DNA of 64,000 bases from Blastocatellia bacterium (lineage in GTDB: Bacteria > Acidobacteriota > Blastocatellia > UBA7656). Position numbers and translations under genes: made by a program. The notes beneath the pieces were generated by a model that saw only the letters and a program-made list of their open reading frames with translations, was not told where the DNA came from and searched no databases. This document shows positions 49,901 to 59,706 of the stretch, in pieces; the first letter of the stretch is position 1; every line of letters begins with the position of its first letter. The stretch is from the NCBI GenBank assembly GCA_963765495.1, contig CAVXWP010000002.1:352001-416000 (forward strand), given 5' to 3'.

Positions 49901-52750
49901 GGGATTGCCCATCAAGACGAATGGGGCCCAATAATACGGATGGCCGTACTCGTCTTTGATTGCAAGTTGCGCGGCACGCAGCGCGGCACGTTTCGCGCCT
50001 CCTTCACGGATATTGGCATAAAGCACGCTCATAAGTTCGGCCGTCGAGGTGTCGTTGACCGCCCACAGGCTCACAACCAGCGCCGGTGCACCCGCGTACA
50101 GAAATCCGCGAACGAGACCGTGAAGTTCGTCTCCCGGAAATATCGTATTGACTCCTGTGTGACAGGCCGACAGCGTTACCATCTCTGCATTCAGCTTCAG
50201 GTCCAGCAGGTTATAAAAATTCAGCCGCGCATCTGCCAGCTTCAGAAAGGAGAACATAGGGTTGTCGCGGCGAAAATATCCGTGCGAAGCCAGATGAAGA
50301 AAGCGAGCACCCGGAGCAAGTCGCATCAGATTTGCGCGGGTGGCTTCCCCCTCCTTAAGCATCACTGCGTCTTCAAAGATGGATTGCAGCCGGTCAAGCT
50401 CTTCCTTGATTCCGGGTGTAGCAGGTTCAGAAACGCCCAGCGCTACCAGAGGCCACTCTGCCGTTCCGCTCTTTTTTCTTCGGCAAAGCTTGAATACAGC
50501 AGCGCTGGGCGCGTAGGAAACTTCAAATCGCTCGATAAGGTAATCGCCGCGCCGGTCGCAAAGCGCGTGAAACGGCACGTAATGAAGCGCGCCATGCGGG
50601 ATAATTATCAGCTGTTCGGTTTTAAGTTCAGGCTCGAGCGGCGCAAAGATCGAATCATATAAATCCGACAGACAGCAGTCTGCCGCCCATTTCAGCTGCC
50701 AGAAATGCGCGTCTACATATTTTGCGCCGTAGCTGAATTTTTCTATCTGGAATCGCAACTGGGCCAGGCGCTCGCGTAACTGGCTTCGGCTGGTAATAGC
50801 GCGAATCACCTTGACCTGATCGCGGGTTGCGACGAATGCCGACACCTCATCGCCCGCGGCAAAATATTCAATCGCCGTTTCACCTTCCATAAGCGATTCG
50901 CGCAAATCCGCACAGGTCGCAGGCTGCATCCTGTGCACATAGGCAAATGAAGAGTCTTCGATCTCCATGCGGCGGAAAAGTTGAGCAATCTGCCGCTCGC
51001 GGTGAGCGATGGCGCGACGATACCTGTCGGCCACATCGACGCTGCGCTGATTGCCTTTATCGTCTTCCAGCCCCGCCTGCGAATCGAACCAGTTCAAGTC
51101 TTCGATCAGCAAGCGAAGCCTTTCCCGCGCTTCGACGTTGTAGCTTTGTTTGCCTGTTTTTGAATCTGCCTGATCCGCATTCAACAGATAGCGAGCGAGC
51201 AGGTCGGCCAGCGCCCGCGATTTGGATGACTCGACAAGCTGAAAAGCCTCTTCGACAAGCAGGTCTCCCCCGATGTCGAGACACGCCGTTATGGCATCTT
51301 CGTAGACCTCTATTTTGTCCCGCAGAAAAGAGGCCTTGAATTCATTTGCCGCTATCCCTCCGCGCATACCCTCGACTATCTCGACCGAACGGCGAAAGCT
51401 CTCCAGCGCAGCCCGCGTTCGTTTGCGGTCGCGCTTTATGCGCCCGATCAGGTGATGACATTTATACATGGCGGTCGGGGCTGATCTACCCTCGATGGCG
51501 CGCAAGACGCTATGGGCAATCCTCGATGCTCTCGCCCGGTCGCCTCTTTCATAGGCCGCGCGCGCAATCAACATACGCGAGTATGCGCTGCGGACAACAA
51601 GGCCCTGCCGCGTGAAGACCCGCAAGGCTGCACGCGAGTGGCGTTCGGCTTCTTCGGCGAGCCCCCGCCGCATCTGAAGCTCCGCCAGATACGAATCGCA
51701 CAACGCCGAAAGTGTCCTGTTGCCGCTTGAGTCAAACACTTCGCGGGCCGAGTCGAAATCGCCTTGCGCTTGTTCCAGTTGATTGAGCCCCAGATTTGCC
51801 AGGGCGCGCACAAGCGTAGCCTTCGCCGCATCAGACGTCATGCCGAGTTCGGTAAAGCGCGTGCGAGAACTGTCGGCTCGCGCAGCCGCGTCGTCAAAGG
51901 AGTTGAGCGCAAGCAGTATCTCGGCTATCTCAAGATCACACCACGCGATAAGCTGGTCGCCGCCCAGATCGCTTACGCGGTCGCGCGCGTCATAGTAAGC
52001 CGCAAGCGCCGAGTTATAGTTGCCGCGAAGGAATTGAAGATATGCGATATGAAAACGCGCCTGGCTGGCCAGCAAATTGTTTCCCGCTTCCGTCCATCGC
52101 GAGGCGGCGCTTTCAAGCAGGACTTCGGCCTCGCCCGGACGATCCATATCGGTGAAGACGTTTGACCGGGCAAAATCTACATAGGCGAGCATGCCCTCCT
52201 GCCCCTCGCCCGAAAAAAGAGCCCCCGCTCGATCATAGTGTTTGAGCGCCCTCGCGTACCGGTCGAGCATGTAATAAATATTTCCGACGTTGGTCTCAAG
52301 CTGCGCGAGTCTTATCGGATTCGACAGGGCCTGCGAGCGACGCGCGAGACGCGCCACTTTGAGCGCGTCATCATACCGGCTCATCTGCGTCAAAGCGTAC
52401 ACTTGATGGATGCGAATGAGGGCCGTTTCTTCGGTGAGCCTTGCCCCGCGCATCACCGCAAGAGCAGTCTCGTAGAGTTTGTTGGCCTCGGCGGGGCGAC
52501 CCGAGTTGTGGAGCACGCGTGCGCGGCTGGCTTCGGCGAATCCCTTTGAGAGAGGATCGCCCAGATGAGTTGCCAGCCGCTCGATGTGCTCCGCAAGACT
52601 AGAAGCCGCCTTGATGTCACACGAAACCAGACGATCAACCTCCGATTTGAGCGCAGACATCATCTGCGGCATGGGGCGACCCTTCTGCCCCTTCAAAAAA
52701 ACATCGAGGTTTCTGGCCTTTTCCAGTTTTTTCGCCAGATCGCTGCTCAA
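49895..52750 (-). CDS. TPR-CHAT domain (caspase-like) protease
   Basis: N-terminal TPR array; IPHGALHYVPF, LHLASHG (His), VTLSACHTG (Cys), SLWAVND, HPYYWAPF. Confidence 0.9.
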   Translation of the reverse strand: MSSDLAKKLEKARNLDVFLKGQKGRPMPQMMSALKSEVDRLVSCDIKAASSLAEHIERLATHLGDPLSKGFAEASRARVLHNSGRPAEANKLYETALAVMRGARLTEETALIRIHQVYALTQMSRYDDALKVARLARRSQALSNPIRLAQLETNVGNIYYMLDRYARALKHYDRAGALFSGEGQEGMLAYVDFARSNVFTDMDRPGEAEVLLESAASRWTEAGNNLLASQARFHIAYLQFLRGNYNSALAAYYDARDRVSDLGGDQLIAWCDLEIAEILLALNSFDDAAARADSSRTRFTELGMTSDAAKATLVRALANLGLNQLEQAQGDFDSAREVFDSSGNRTLSALCDSYLAELQMRRGLAEEAERHSRAALRVFTRQGLVVRSAYSRMLIARAAYERGDRARASRIAHSVLRAIEGRSAPTAMYKCHHLIGRIKRDRKRTRAALESFRRSVEIVEGMRGGIAANEFKASFLRDKIEVYEDAITACLDIGGDLLVEEAFQLVESSKSRALADLLARYLLNADQADSKTGKQSYNVEARERLRLLIEDLNWFDSQAGLEDDKGNQRSVDVADRYRRAIAHRERQIAQLFRRMEIEDSSFAYVHRMQPATCADLRESLMEGETAIEYFAAGDEVSAFVATRDQVKVIRAITSRSQLRERLAQLRFQIEKFSYGAKYVDAHFWQLKWAADCCLSDLYDSIFAPLEPELKTEQLIIIPHGALHYVPFHALCDRRGDYLIERFEVSYAPSAAVFKLCRRKKSGTAEWPLVALGVSEPATPGIKEELDRLQSIFEDAVMLKEGEATRANLMRLAPGARFLHLASHGYFRRDNPMFSFLKLADARLNFYNLLDLKLNAEMVTLSACHTGVNTIFPGDELHGLVRGFLYAGAPALVVSLWAVNDTSTAELMSVLYANIREGGAKRAALRAAQLAIKDEYGHPYYWAPFVLMGNPG

Positions 52751-52823
52751 TTCTGTATCTCGACTCTCAGGTAATGTGCGTCACGCACGGATCGACTCTG
52801 AAGTTTGGTTCAGGGCTGATCCA

Positions 52824-53450
52824 TCAGGAGCGCGGCGCAAAAGGCAAGCGCGGAATCGTTATAGTTGTTTCACGCGTCTCGATCAATAAATCGTAATAGC
52901 CGTAATCGAGCGCGTGGAATGTAAATTCTCCCATCTCATTTGTGATACCTGAACATATTACTCTGCTGTCTTGAATGAGGTTGAGCGCAAGCCCGGCTAC
53001 AGAGTCAAAACCGTGCTCGCTTTCGCACAGCACCTGTCCGAGAAGGGCTGCGCTCGATTTCTCAGAAAGAGCTATTTGTAAATCGATACTGAAGAGGCCG
53101 GCGCGATAAAGCAGTTGACGACCGAAGGAAGCAACCGCTCGTGCGTCGGAAGGGACGGGCCGGGCAAAGCTATCAAAGATCAGCGTTGCTACCAGTTGTC
53201 CCAGACGATCAAACAGATCGGGCCGGGACCTCTTTATCTCAAACAGCCTGACCGCCCGATTTATGACCCACTGAGGCGGTTCCGTAGAATCGTCGCTTGC
53301 GGCGATGGCGCGAACACGCTCATACCATCTGAGATCTTTAGCACATTGCTGGCAGTTTGAGGCCAGATGCTCTTTCAAAGAGAGCGCATCAAGACCAGCC
53401 AGGCGATTATCGAGAAACTCTATCAGTTGTTCAAACCCAGGGCATTTCAT
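52824..53450 (-). CDS. Soluble Zn-finger (zf-HC2-like) anti-sigma-like protein with C-terminal beta-sandwich
   Basis: HLASNCQQC; LIFDSF, RQLLY, GQVL, TNEMGEFTF..L..GYY (carboxypeptidase-regulatory-like); no TM. Confidence 0.72.
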   Translation of the reverse strand: MKCPGFEQLIEFLDNRLAGLDALSLKEHLASNCQQCAKDLRWYERVRAIAASDDSTEPPQWVINRAVRLFEIKRSRPDLFDRLGQLVATLIFDSFARPVPSDARAVASFGRQLLYRAGLFSIDLQIALSEKSSAALLGQVLCESEHGFDSVAGLALNLIQDSRVICSGITNEMGEFTFHALDYGYYDLLIETRETTITIPRLPFAPRS

Positions 53451-53519
53451 TGTTCACCCTCCGTGGCCTTTCTAGCCTAATAAGAGCACGGAGAGGGGCA
53501 GAAGGTACGCAAAAATCAT

Positions 53520-54104
53520 TTATATTTTGCCGTCGAGGAGTTTTTTCAACTTTGCCAGACACCGCGCGCGCGTTGGCCCCATCGAATCGCGCGGGATGCC
53601 TACTATGCGGGCAATCTCGGCATAGCTCAATTTATCGTCACCATAAAAGAGCAGGGTAATCATTGTGCGGCAGCGGTCGGGCAACTCCAAAACGGCCGTG
53701 CGGAGGATATGTTGCAACTCCAGGGCCTCTTGCTGCTCATCCATAAGGGGTGCGGATGAGGCCACATCCGGCATATCGCCCGGGGCATTTGACGAATCAG
53801 CGATAGATGCCAGATGCTCTCTGCGCTTGAGAGCGGCGACTCTCCAGCACTGGCGTCTGGTTGTTATGACGAGCCACGAACAGAGCCTGTCTGGATTTCG
53901 AAGCGACGATATGTTTTCGAGCAGTTTCAGACATACCGATTGAAAGACATCGGCGGCATCATTTGAGGACAAACCCATCTTGATGGGTATTGAATAGATG
54001 AGTCGCTGATAGCGAAGCAGAAGCGCCTCCCATGCTGCGGCCTCTCCATCGAGGCATGCGGCAAGAAGTTGCGGGTCGGTTTGTTTTGATAAATCTCTGG
54101 GCAT
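53520..54104 (-). CDS. ECF RNA polymerase sigma factor
   Basis: LLAACLDGEAAAWEAL, DAADVFQ, SWL, LPDRCR, SYAEIA...SMGPTRARCL. Confidence 0.9.
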   Translation of the reverse strand: MPRDLSKQTDPQLLAACLDGEAAAWEALLLRYQRLIYSIPIKMGLSSNDAADVFQSVCLKLLENISSLRNPDRLCSWLVITTRRQCWRVAALKRREHLASIADSSNAPGDMPDVASSAPLMDEQQEALELQHILRTAVLELPDRCRTMITLLFYGDDKLSYAEIARIVGIPRDSMGPTRARCLAKLKKLLDGKI

Positions 54105-54588
54105 CCCTTTTCTTGTTCGAGAGTTCCTTGCGCCGATGCACGGGGAATTACCCTTTAAGGATTGAGTAATATCTGCATCTGAGAAGGGAAAGCCATCTTA
54201 TCAAATGAACGAACGCAAGCAAAGCAGTCGGTTGCCCGGAAAAATAACAAAGCCGGGCGAAAATTACAGACGTTAAATTCTCAGGAAAAGGTTTGTGTAC
54301 TTTGCCTCTGACCACATATCACCGCCTACCCTTGCCTTGCGCTCTCGCGCCGAATAAGATAGGTGAAAGATGGAAGGGCTACAAAATAACTTCCACGGAT
54401 TGGACGTCTTGTTCCGGTTTCAACTGTTCGAGGATGAGTTCTGATGAAAAGGACCGAGCAATCCATACTCCTGTTGCCCCTGGAAACCGGGAAGCACAAA
54501 AAATGCCCCCACCGCTGTTATGTTCTGACCCGTCTGATTTCCGGGTCGCTGTCGGATGGGAAGTAATAAATAGTTGAGGAGGAATCTC

Positions 54589-56322
54589 ATGACACGGCCT
54601 TGCATTTTATCGCTCATCTGCACAATTCTTTTTTTCCTGATCGGCTCTACCCTTTCAGGAGCCTCGACCGGGCGAATCACCCGGCAGCAGGGAGAACAGG
54701 ATGCCCCCACGGCAATCCTGCTTCAAACGGTCGTATCGGGATTGTCCACTCCCCTTTATGTGACAAACGCAAAGGACGGCACGAATCGGCTTTTTATAGT
54801 CGAACAAGGCGGGCGCATAAAGGTCTTGCAACCCGGAAGCACTACTCCAACGGTCTTTCTCGATATATCATCGAAGGTATTATTCAGCGGCGAGCAAGGG
54901 ATGCTGGGGATGGCGTTTCATCCTCAGTTCGCTATAAACGGACGATTCTATGTCAATTACACACGCAAATCGCCGGTCAATGACGGCGCTACAGTTATCG
55001 CCGAATATACGGTCTCGACCTCGGACCCGAACGTCGCCGACCTCGCTACCGAGCGAGTTTTTCTGACCATCCAGCAGCCTTTTACAAATCACAACGGAGG
55101 GATGATCGAGTTTGGCCCGGACCATTATCTCTACATAGGAATGGGTGATGGAGGGTCGAGTAACGATCCCGGCAACCGCGCTCAGAATGTAGACGAGCTT
55201 CTCGGAAAGATGCTGCGCATTGACGTTGACACTCCAAATCCGCCCGATCTCTATTCATCGCCCGCGAGCAATCCCTTCTTTGGCAACATACCCGGTCGCG
55301 ACGAGATTTATGCTGTAGGGCTTCGCAATCCATTCCGATGGTCTTTTGACCGAATGACGGGCGAGCTTTACGTGGCTGATGTGGGACAGGGTGCCCGTGA
55401 AGAGATTGACATATTGGAACTTGGCAAGAATTACGGTTGGAGAATTATGGAAGGCACCATTTGCACTCCAGCATTTGGAACCACTTGCAACATGAGCGGG
55501 TTGACCCTCCCTATATTTGATTACACGCACGTATCAGGGCGGTGCTCGATAAGCGGCGGCTACAGGTATCGCGGAGCCAGATCAACTCTCCCGTTCGGGG
55601 CTTACGTATTCGGCGATTATTGCACCGGAGAAATATGGCAACTCTTCCCGGCAATAAGCGGCGGCACGCAGACCCTCTTGATAGATACTCCAAACAATAC
55701 CCTTCCTTCCTTTGGCGAAGACGAGGCCGGAGAGATTTACGCAGTCAGCCTTGCAGGCTCGATCAGCCTCATCACCGCATCTCCCGCGCCACCGGCCTGT
55801 ACCTATACGGTCAACCCGACAAGCGTCTTCTTTCCGTTCCAAGGAGGATCGAGCATGTTTTCCATCGCCTCCGGGAGCGATTGCAACTGGTTAACGGCGA
55901 CCAATTCCAGTTGGATCACAATCACCTCGGCGACAAGCGGAACCGGCAGCGGGACCATCAATTTCACTGTAGGGCAAAACCTTACGAGCCTTCCCCGTAC
56001 CGGCAGGATCAATATTGGCGGAAAGTCTATTACGATAGTGCAGGCCTGTATGGCAAGCGACGGTTGCAGATACCTGCTCTCGGAAATTGAGCGATCAATT
56101 GCGAAGGGCGGCGGGACCGGAACCCTGGATGTAGTGGCGGGCAACCGTTGCGCCTGGCAGGCCACGACCAATTCCGATTGGATTTCGGTTACGTCGGGAA
56201 GTCCAGCGATTGGCAACGGCACGATCTCTTATCTGGTTGAGGCTAACCCGACCGGGAAGAAACGGATCGGCATGATAACGGTGGGAAAGAGCGTATTCAC
56301 CATCAAACAAAAGGGCAGGTAA
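54589..56322 (+). CDS. Exported PQQ-dependent sugar dehydrogenase (GSDH family) with two BACON domains
   Basis: [33 protein letters not shown]...EE, NYGW; C-terminal C.W.A...W...SG.G.G repeats; GAGGAGG RBS. Confidence 0.88.
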   Translation: MTRPCILSLICTILFFLIGSTLSGASTGRITRQQGEQDAPTAILLQTVVSGLSTPLYVTNAKDGTNRLFIVEQGGRIKVLQPGSTTPTVFLDISSKVLFSGEQGMLGMAFHPQFAINGRFYVNYTRKSPVNDGATVIAEYTVSTSDPNVADLATERVFLTIQQPFTNHNGGMIEFGPDHYLYIGMGDGGSSNDPGNRAQNVDELLGKMLRIDVDTPNPPDLYSSPASNPFFGNIPGRDEIYAVGLRNPFRWSFDRMTGELYVADVGQGAREEIDILELGKNYGWRIMEGTICTPAFGTTCNMSGLTLPIFDYTHVSGRCSISGGYRYRGARSTLPFGAYVFGDYCTGEIWQLFPAISGGTQTLLIDTPNNTLPSFGEDEAGEIYAVSLAGSISLITASPAPPACTYTVNPTSVFFPFQGGSSMFSIASGSDCNWLTATNSSWITITSATSGTGSGTINFTVGQNLTSLPRTGRINIGGKSITIVQACMASDGCRYLLSEIERSIAKGGGTGTLDVVAGNRCAWQATTNSDWISVTSGSPAIGNGTISYLVEANPTGKKRIGMITVGKSVFTIKQKGR

Positions 56323-56355
56323 AAGCCAGGACCATTTAGTTCTCAGGAAATTCTT

Positions 56356-56416
56356 AGCGTGCTTTGTGACTTTGCGTATGGCGAGAAATAGATTCCAAAG
56401 TCGCAAAGTACGCTAT
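56356..56416. repeat. Inverted repeat downstream of the GSDH gene
   Basis: TAGCGTGCTTTGTGACTTTG...CAAAGTCGCAAAGTACGCTA. Confidence 0.55.
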
Positions 56417-56524
56417 GGTTTTTCATCGAGTAATCAGTGATTCGCTCTGATCTCGACAGACCAATTTGAGAGCTAAATAACCCTGAGCAGGCGCGCGGAA
56501 TCGGCTATTTGCCGCGCTTCATAA

Positions 56525-56553
56525 TTGACAAAGCAAAATGGCGTGGCTAGTAT
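56525..56553 (+). promoter_or_regulatory. Sigma70 promoter
   Basis: TTGACA-N17-TAGTAT. Confidence 0.6.
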
Positions 56554-56730
56554 TCTGGCTCAATCAGTAATGAGAACGCAGTTGATAAAGGGTCTTTTCG
56601 TCGAAGTCCCTGCATCTTTCCCTGTCGAGTTTGAGCGGTTTCTTCCCTGAGTATCCGGGCGCGCCTGTTTTACCAGGTTCAATTGATAACGAAGAATACA
56701 GCGCCAAGCGCGCGGTTTTATGAGGTGTCA

Positions 56731-59328
56731 ATGCTTCTTTCCCGTATAAATCGCCCTTCCCACTCTCCGCTTAGAGTAGTATTGCTCTTCCTCACCTGCG
56801 CGATGGCTATCGTTTTGCCCGCGACCATCCATTCCGCCGACAGGGCCGAGGGCGTGTCGGCGGGGCCGGAATCATCCTCGACACAAACAAACCAATCCGC
56901 AAACGGCGAGAGGACCGGCATCCCCTGGACCGGCGAGATGGCGGTAAGTGAAACTACAGGTCAGATCATGGCTCGTGAGAAGAGATCGGGTCAGAGCCTG
57001 ACACAAAGAAGCGAAACTCGCTTTGAAGGCGTCGAATCGGACCGAAGTCATCTTCCTCAGAATCCGGCTTCGCCCGCAGTCTCTCAGTGGCCCCCAAAAG
57101 ACCCTTCTTTGCCCGAAGGCGAGCCGCTTAGCCCGCAGATTCCTTCTACCAGTTTTACGGGCGCGACTCTGGCAGACACGGGGAATGCATTTCCGCCGGA
57201 TACGATGGGCGCTATTGGCCCCACGCAATTTCTTGTAGGCGTTAGGGGTCGTCTCAGGACATTCAATAAAACAACCGGCCTGGCCGACGGGGTGCTGAAC
57301 ACGACGACTGACACATTCTTCAATTCGGTAAGAAACGGCCAGAGCACCATCTATCCTCGCGTTCGATATGACAGGTTATCAGGCCGGTGGTTTATTTTGA
57401 TGTCAAACAACGCGGCCCCAAATCGGATTCTGCTCGCCGTCAGCGATGGCGGAACCATTACAGCGGGGACCGTCTGGACTTTCTTCTTCTTCCAGCAGGA
57501 TCAGGTAACGCCTGCCGGCGACACCGGGTGCCAGGCCGACTACCCGACTCTCGGAATCGATGCAAACGCGCTTTACGTGGGCGCTAATCAATTATGCCCA
57601 AACTTCGGCGGAACTACGGCCTTTGTCATACGCAAAAGCTCGGTGCTCGGCGCGGGGCCGATTGTGGTCAGCGCCTTTCGCAACCTGACGGGCAGCCCCG
57701 GCGGCTCTGGCATCTACGCCCCGCAGGGCGTTGACAATTTCGACACGGGCGCGGTCGTAGGTTATTTCATCGGCGTTGACAATACGAGTTTCGGCACGCT
57801 GGTTCTGCATAGAGTCACAAGTCCCGGTACAACCCCTTCGCTCTCAAGCGCCGTCTTTATAACCGTTCCAGCAACCTCTCTGCCCCTGACCGTCAGACAT
57901 CAGGGAAATACCAACAGCACGAACGGCCAGCTTGACGCTCTCGATGACCGGCTGATGCAGGGCGTTGTCCGCAACGGCAAACTGTGGACGAGCCAGAATA
58001 TAGGAGTAGACAACACTGGCGTATCCGACGGCGCTGCTAGATCTCGAAACGCATGCCGATGGTATCAACTCGACCAGTTGACCAGCCCTTCTCCCGTGAT
58101 CGTGCAATCGGGGACCTTGTTTACAGCGTCGGCGACAAATACAACTGGTGATCGCAACTACTGGATGCCGTCGGTGATGGTAAACGGGCAAGGGCACATG
58201 GCGTTGGGAGCGAGTATCGCCGGAACCAGCGAGTTTGTGAATGCCGCCACAGCCGGTCGTCTTGCAACCGACACGCTCGGCACATTGCAATCGGCCTTAT
58301 CGCTCACGGCAAGTTCGACGGCTTACAACCCACCCGGCGATACCGGAAACACTATAGGAAAGCGGCGATGGGGAGACTATTCCTATACAAGTCTCGATCC
58401 CTGCGACGACATGACTATATGGACCATTCAGGAATTTTGCGATGCCACGAACTCCTATGGTGTGCGGGCCGTGAAGTTGCTGTCGCCTCCACCCGGCACA
58501 CCTACAAGCGCAAACCCTTCGACCATCGCGGCGGGACAACCTTCCGTCAATGTCCAGATCACCGGGTCGCTTGCGGGAGGGGCGGGATTTTATGATCCGG
58601 GGGCGGGGTTTACCTGTCGTCTCAGCGTCTCTGTAACAGGTGGCGTAGTGGTCAACAGCGTCACCTATACCAGCCCGAGTTCGATCACAATAAACATCTC
58701 CACCCTGGGGGCGACATCAGGCCCGCAAAATGTGACGGTTACAAACCCCGACGGGCAAAGCGCTACCGGCAACGGTATTATTACGATAGGCACAGGAGGC
58801 GGATGTTTTTATCAGCTAGCCCCCACGAGCGCGTTTTATTCTTCGCGAGGCGGAAGCGGATTGATCAACATGACAGCGCCGAGCGGCTGCACCTGGAGCG
58901 TAGTCAACCCGGCAAGCTGGGTGACCATCCAGGCAACTACATCTCCGACAGGCGACGGACTTATCTATTACGCGGTGAGAGATAATTTCACCACCAGCCC
59001 CCGGATGGCCGTTTTGACCATTGGCGGTCAGTCTTTTCAGATCGTACAGGACGGGATACCTAATGCAAATTGCAACTTCACCGTTATGCCTGACTCGCAA
59101 TCCTTTCCCGCCATCGGGGGAACGGGAAACGAGAAAGTAAATCTCAGCGGCGAATGCAGTTGGACGGCACACAGCCTCGATAGCTGGCTAATCATCACAT
59201 CAACCCCTCTGGGAAGCGGCAACGGTTCGGTCACTTTTACAGTGACCCAAAATACGACCGGCCAATCTCGCAGAGGCACGCTGATTGTTGCGGGCCATTT
59301 CATCTCGATCAAACAGAAGGCGAACTGA
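56731..59328 (+). CDS. Secreted protein: uncharacterised PPD...RWGDY core, Ig-like domain and 2 BACON domains
   Basis: Hydrophobic leader; PPDTMGAIGP, DYPTLG, RWGDYS; VTVTNPDGQ; BACON repeats; GAGG RBS before ATG 56731. Confidence 0.8.
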   Translation: MLLSRINRPSHSPLRVVLLFLTCAMAIVLPATIHSADRAEGVSAGPESSSTQTNQSANGERTGIPWTGEMAVSETTGQIMAREKRSGQSLTQRSETRFEGVESDRSHLPQNPASPAVSQWPPKDPSLPEGEPLSPQIPSTSFTGATLADTGNAFPPDTMGAIGPTQFLVGVRGRLRTFNKTTGLADGVLNTTTDTFFNSVRNGQSTIYPRVRYDRLSGRWFILMSNNAAPNRILLAVSDGGTITAGTVWTFFFFQQDQVTPAGDTGCQADYPTLGIDANALYVGANQLCPNFGGTTAFVIRKSSVLGAGPIVVSAFRNLTGSPGGSGIYAPQGVDNFDTGAVVGYFIGVDNTSFGTLVLHRVTSPGTTPSLSSAVFITVPATSLPLTVRHQGNTNSTNGQLDALDDRLMQGVVRNGKLWTSQNIGVDNTGVSDGAARSRNACRWYQLDQLTSPSPVIVQSGTLFTASATNTTGDRNYWMPSVMVNGQGHMALGASIAGTSEFVNAATAGRLATDTLGTLQSALSLTASSTAYNPPGDTGNTIGKRRWGDYSYTSLDPCDDMTIWTIQEFCDATNSYGVRAVKLLSPPPGTPTSANPSTIAAGQPSVNVQITGSLAGGAGFYDPGAGFTCRLSVSVTGGVVVNSVTYTSPSSITINISTLGATSGPQNVTVTNPDGQSATGNGIITIGTGGGCFYQLAPTSAFYSSRGGSGLINMTAPSGCTWSVVNPASWVTIQATTSPTGDGLIYYAVRDNFTTSPRMAVLTIGGQSFQIVQDGIPNANCNFTVMPDSQSFPAIGGTGNEKVNLSGECSWTAHSLDSWLIITSTPLGSGNGSVTFTVTQNTTGQSRRGTLIVAGHFISIKQKAN

Positions 59329-59336
59329 CGCTAAAA

Positions 59337-59438
59337 CGTGATTTGTGATGCGTGATTCGTGGCTATGGGGCGGCGGCTGTAAAAGACGATCTTGCGAGTT
59401 TTGTAAATCACGAATCACGAATCACACATCACGCATCA
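59337..59438. repeat. Heptamer-armed element (family A)
   Basis: CGTGATTTGTGATGCGTGATTCGTG...ATCACGAATCACGAATCACACATCACGCATC; followed by a MITE-end-like AAAACTGAATGCCCC. Confidence 0.75.
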
Positions 59439-59508
59439 GACACTATAGCCCGCAAGTCAAAAAACTGAATGCCCCCGGCAGCACAGCGATTTCGCTGACA
59501 ACCCTTAT

Positions 59509-59537
59509 TTGACAACTCAAGCAACCACAGATACTAT
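59509..59537 (+). promoter_or_regulatory. Sigma70 promoter
   Basis: TTGACA-N17-TACTAT. Confidence 0.65.
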
Positions 59538-59706
59538 TTTCCGTCTGTTTGTTATCTCAGGCACGCGGTCCCCAGGCATAAACCCGAATTCTTCGCGTGA
59601 ATGCCATCTCAGTGGATACAGCTTTGTGTAGGACTTTGATCGCGTTCCGGTATTTTTCATTTTCAAGGCGTACGCGCTACGCACGGGGTCGATTTTTCAG
59701 GAGGAG

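Noticed and set aside
54180-54245. c-di-GMP-I riboswitch-like words (GGGAAAGCC...GCAGTCGGTTGCC)
   Set aside because: Could not build the required P2/P3 stems or the GNRA-receptor pair; an Infernal/Rfam scan would settle it
54370-54566. Two short ORFs upstream of the GSDH gene
   Set aside because: No convincing RBS or recognisable motifs; probably chance
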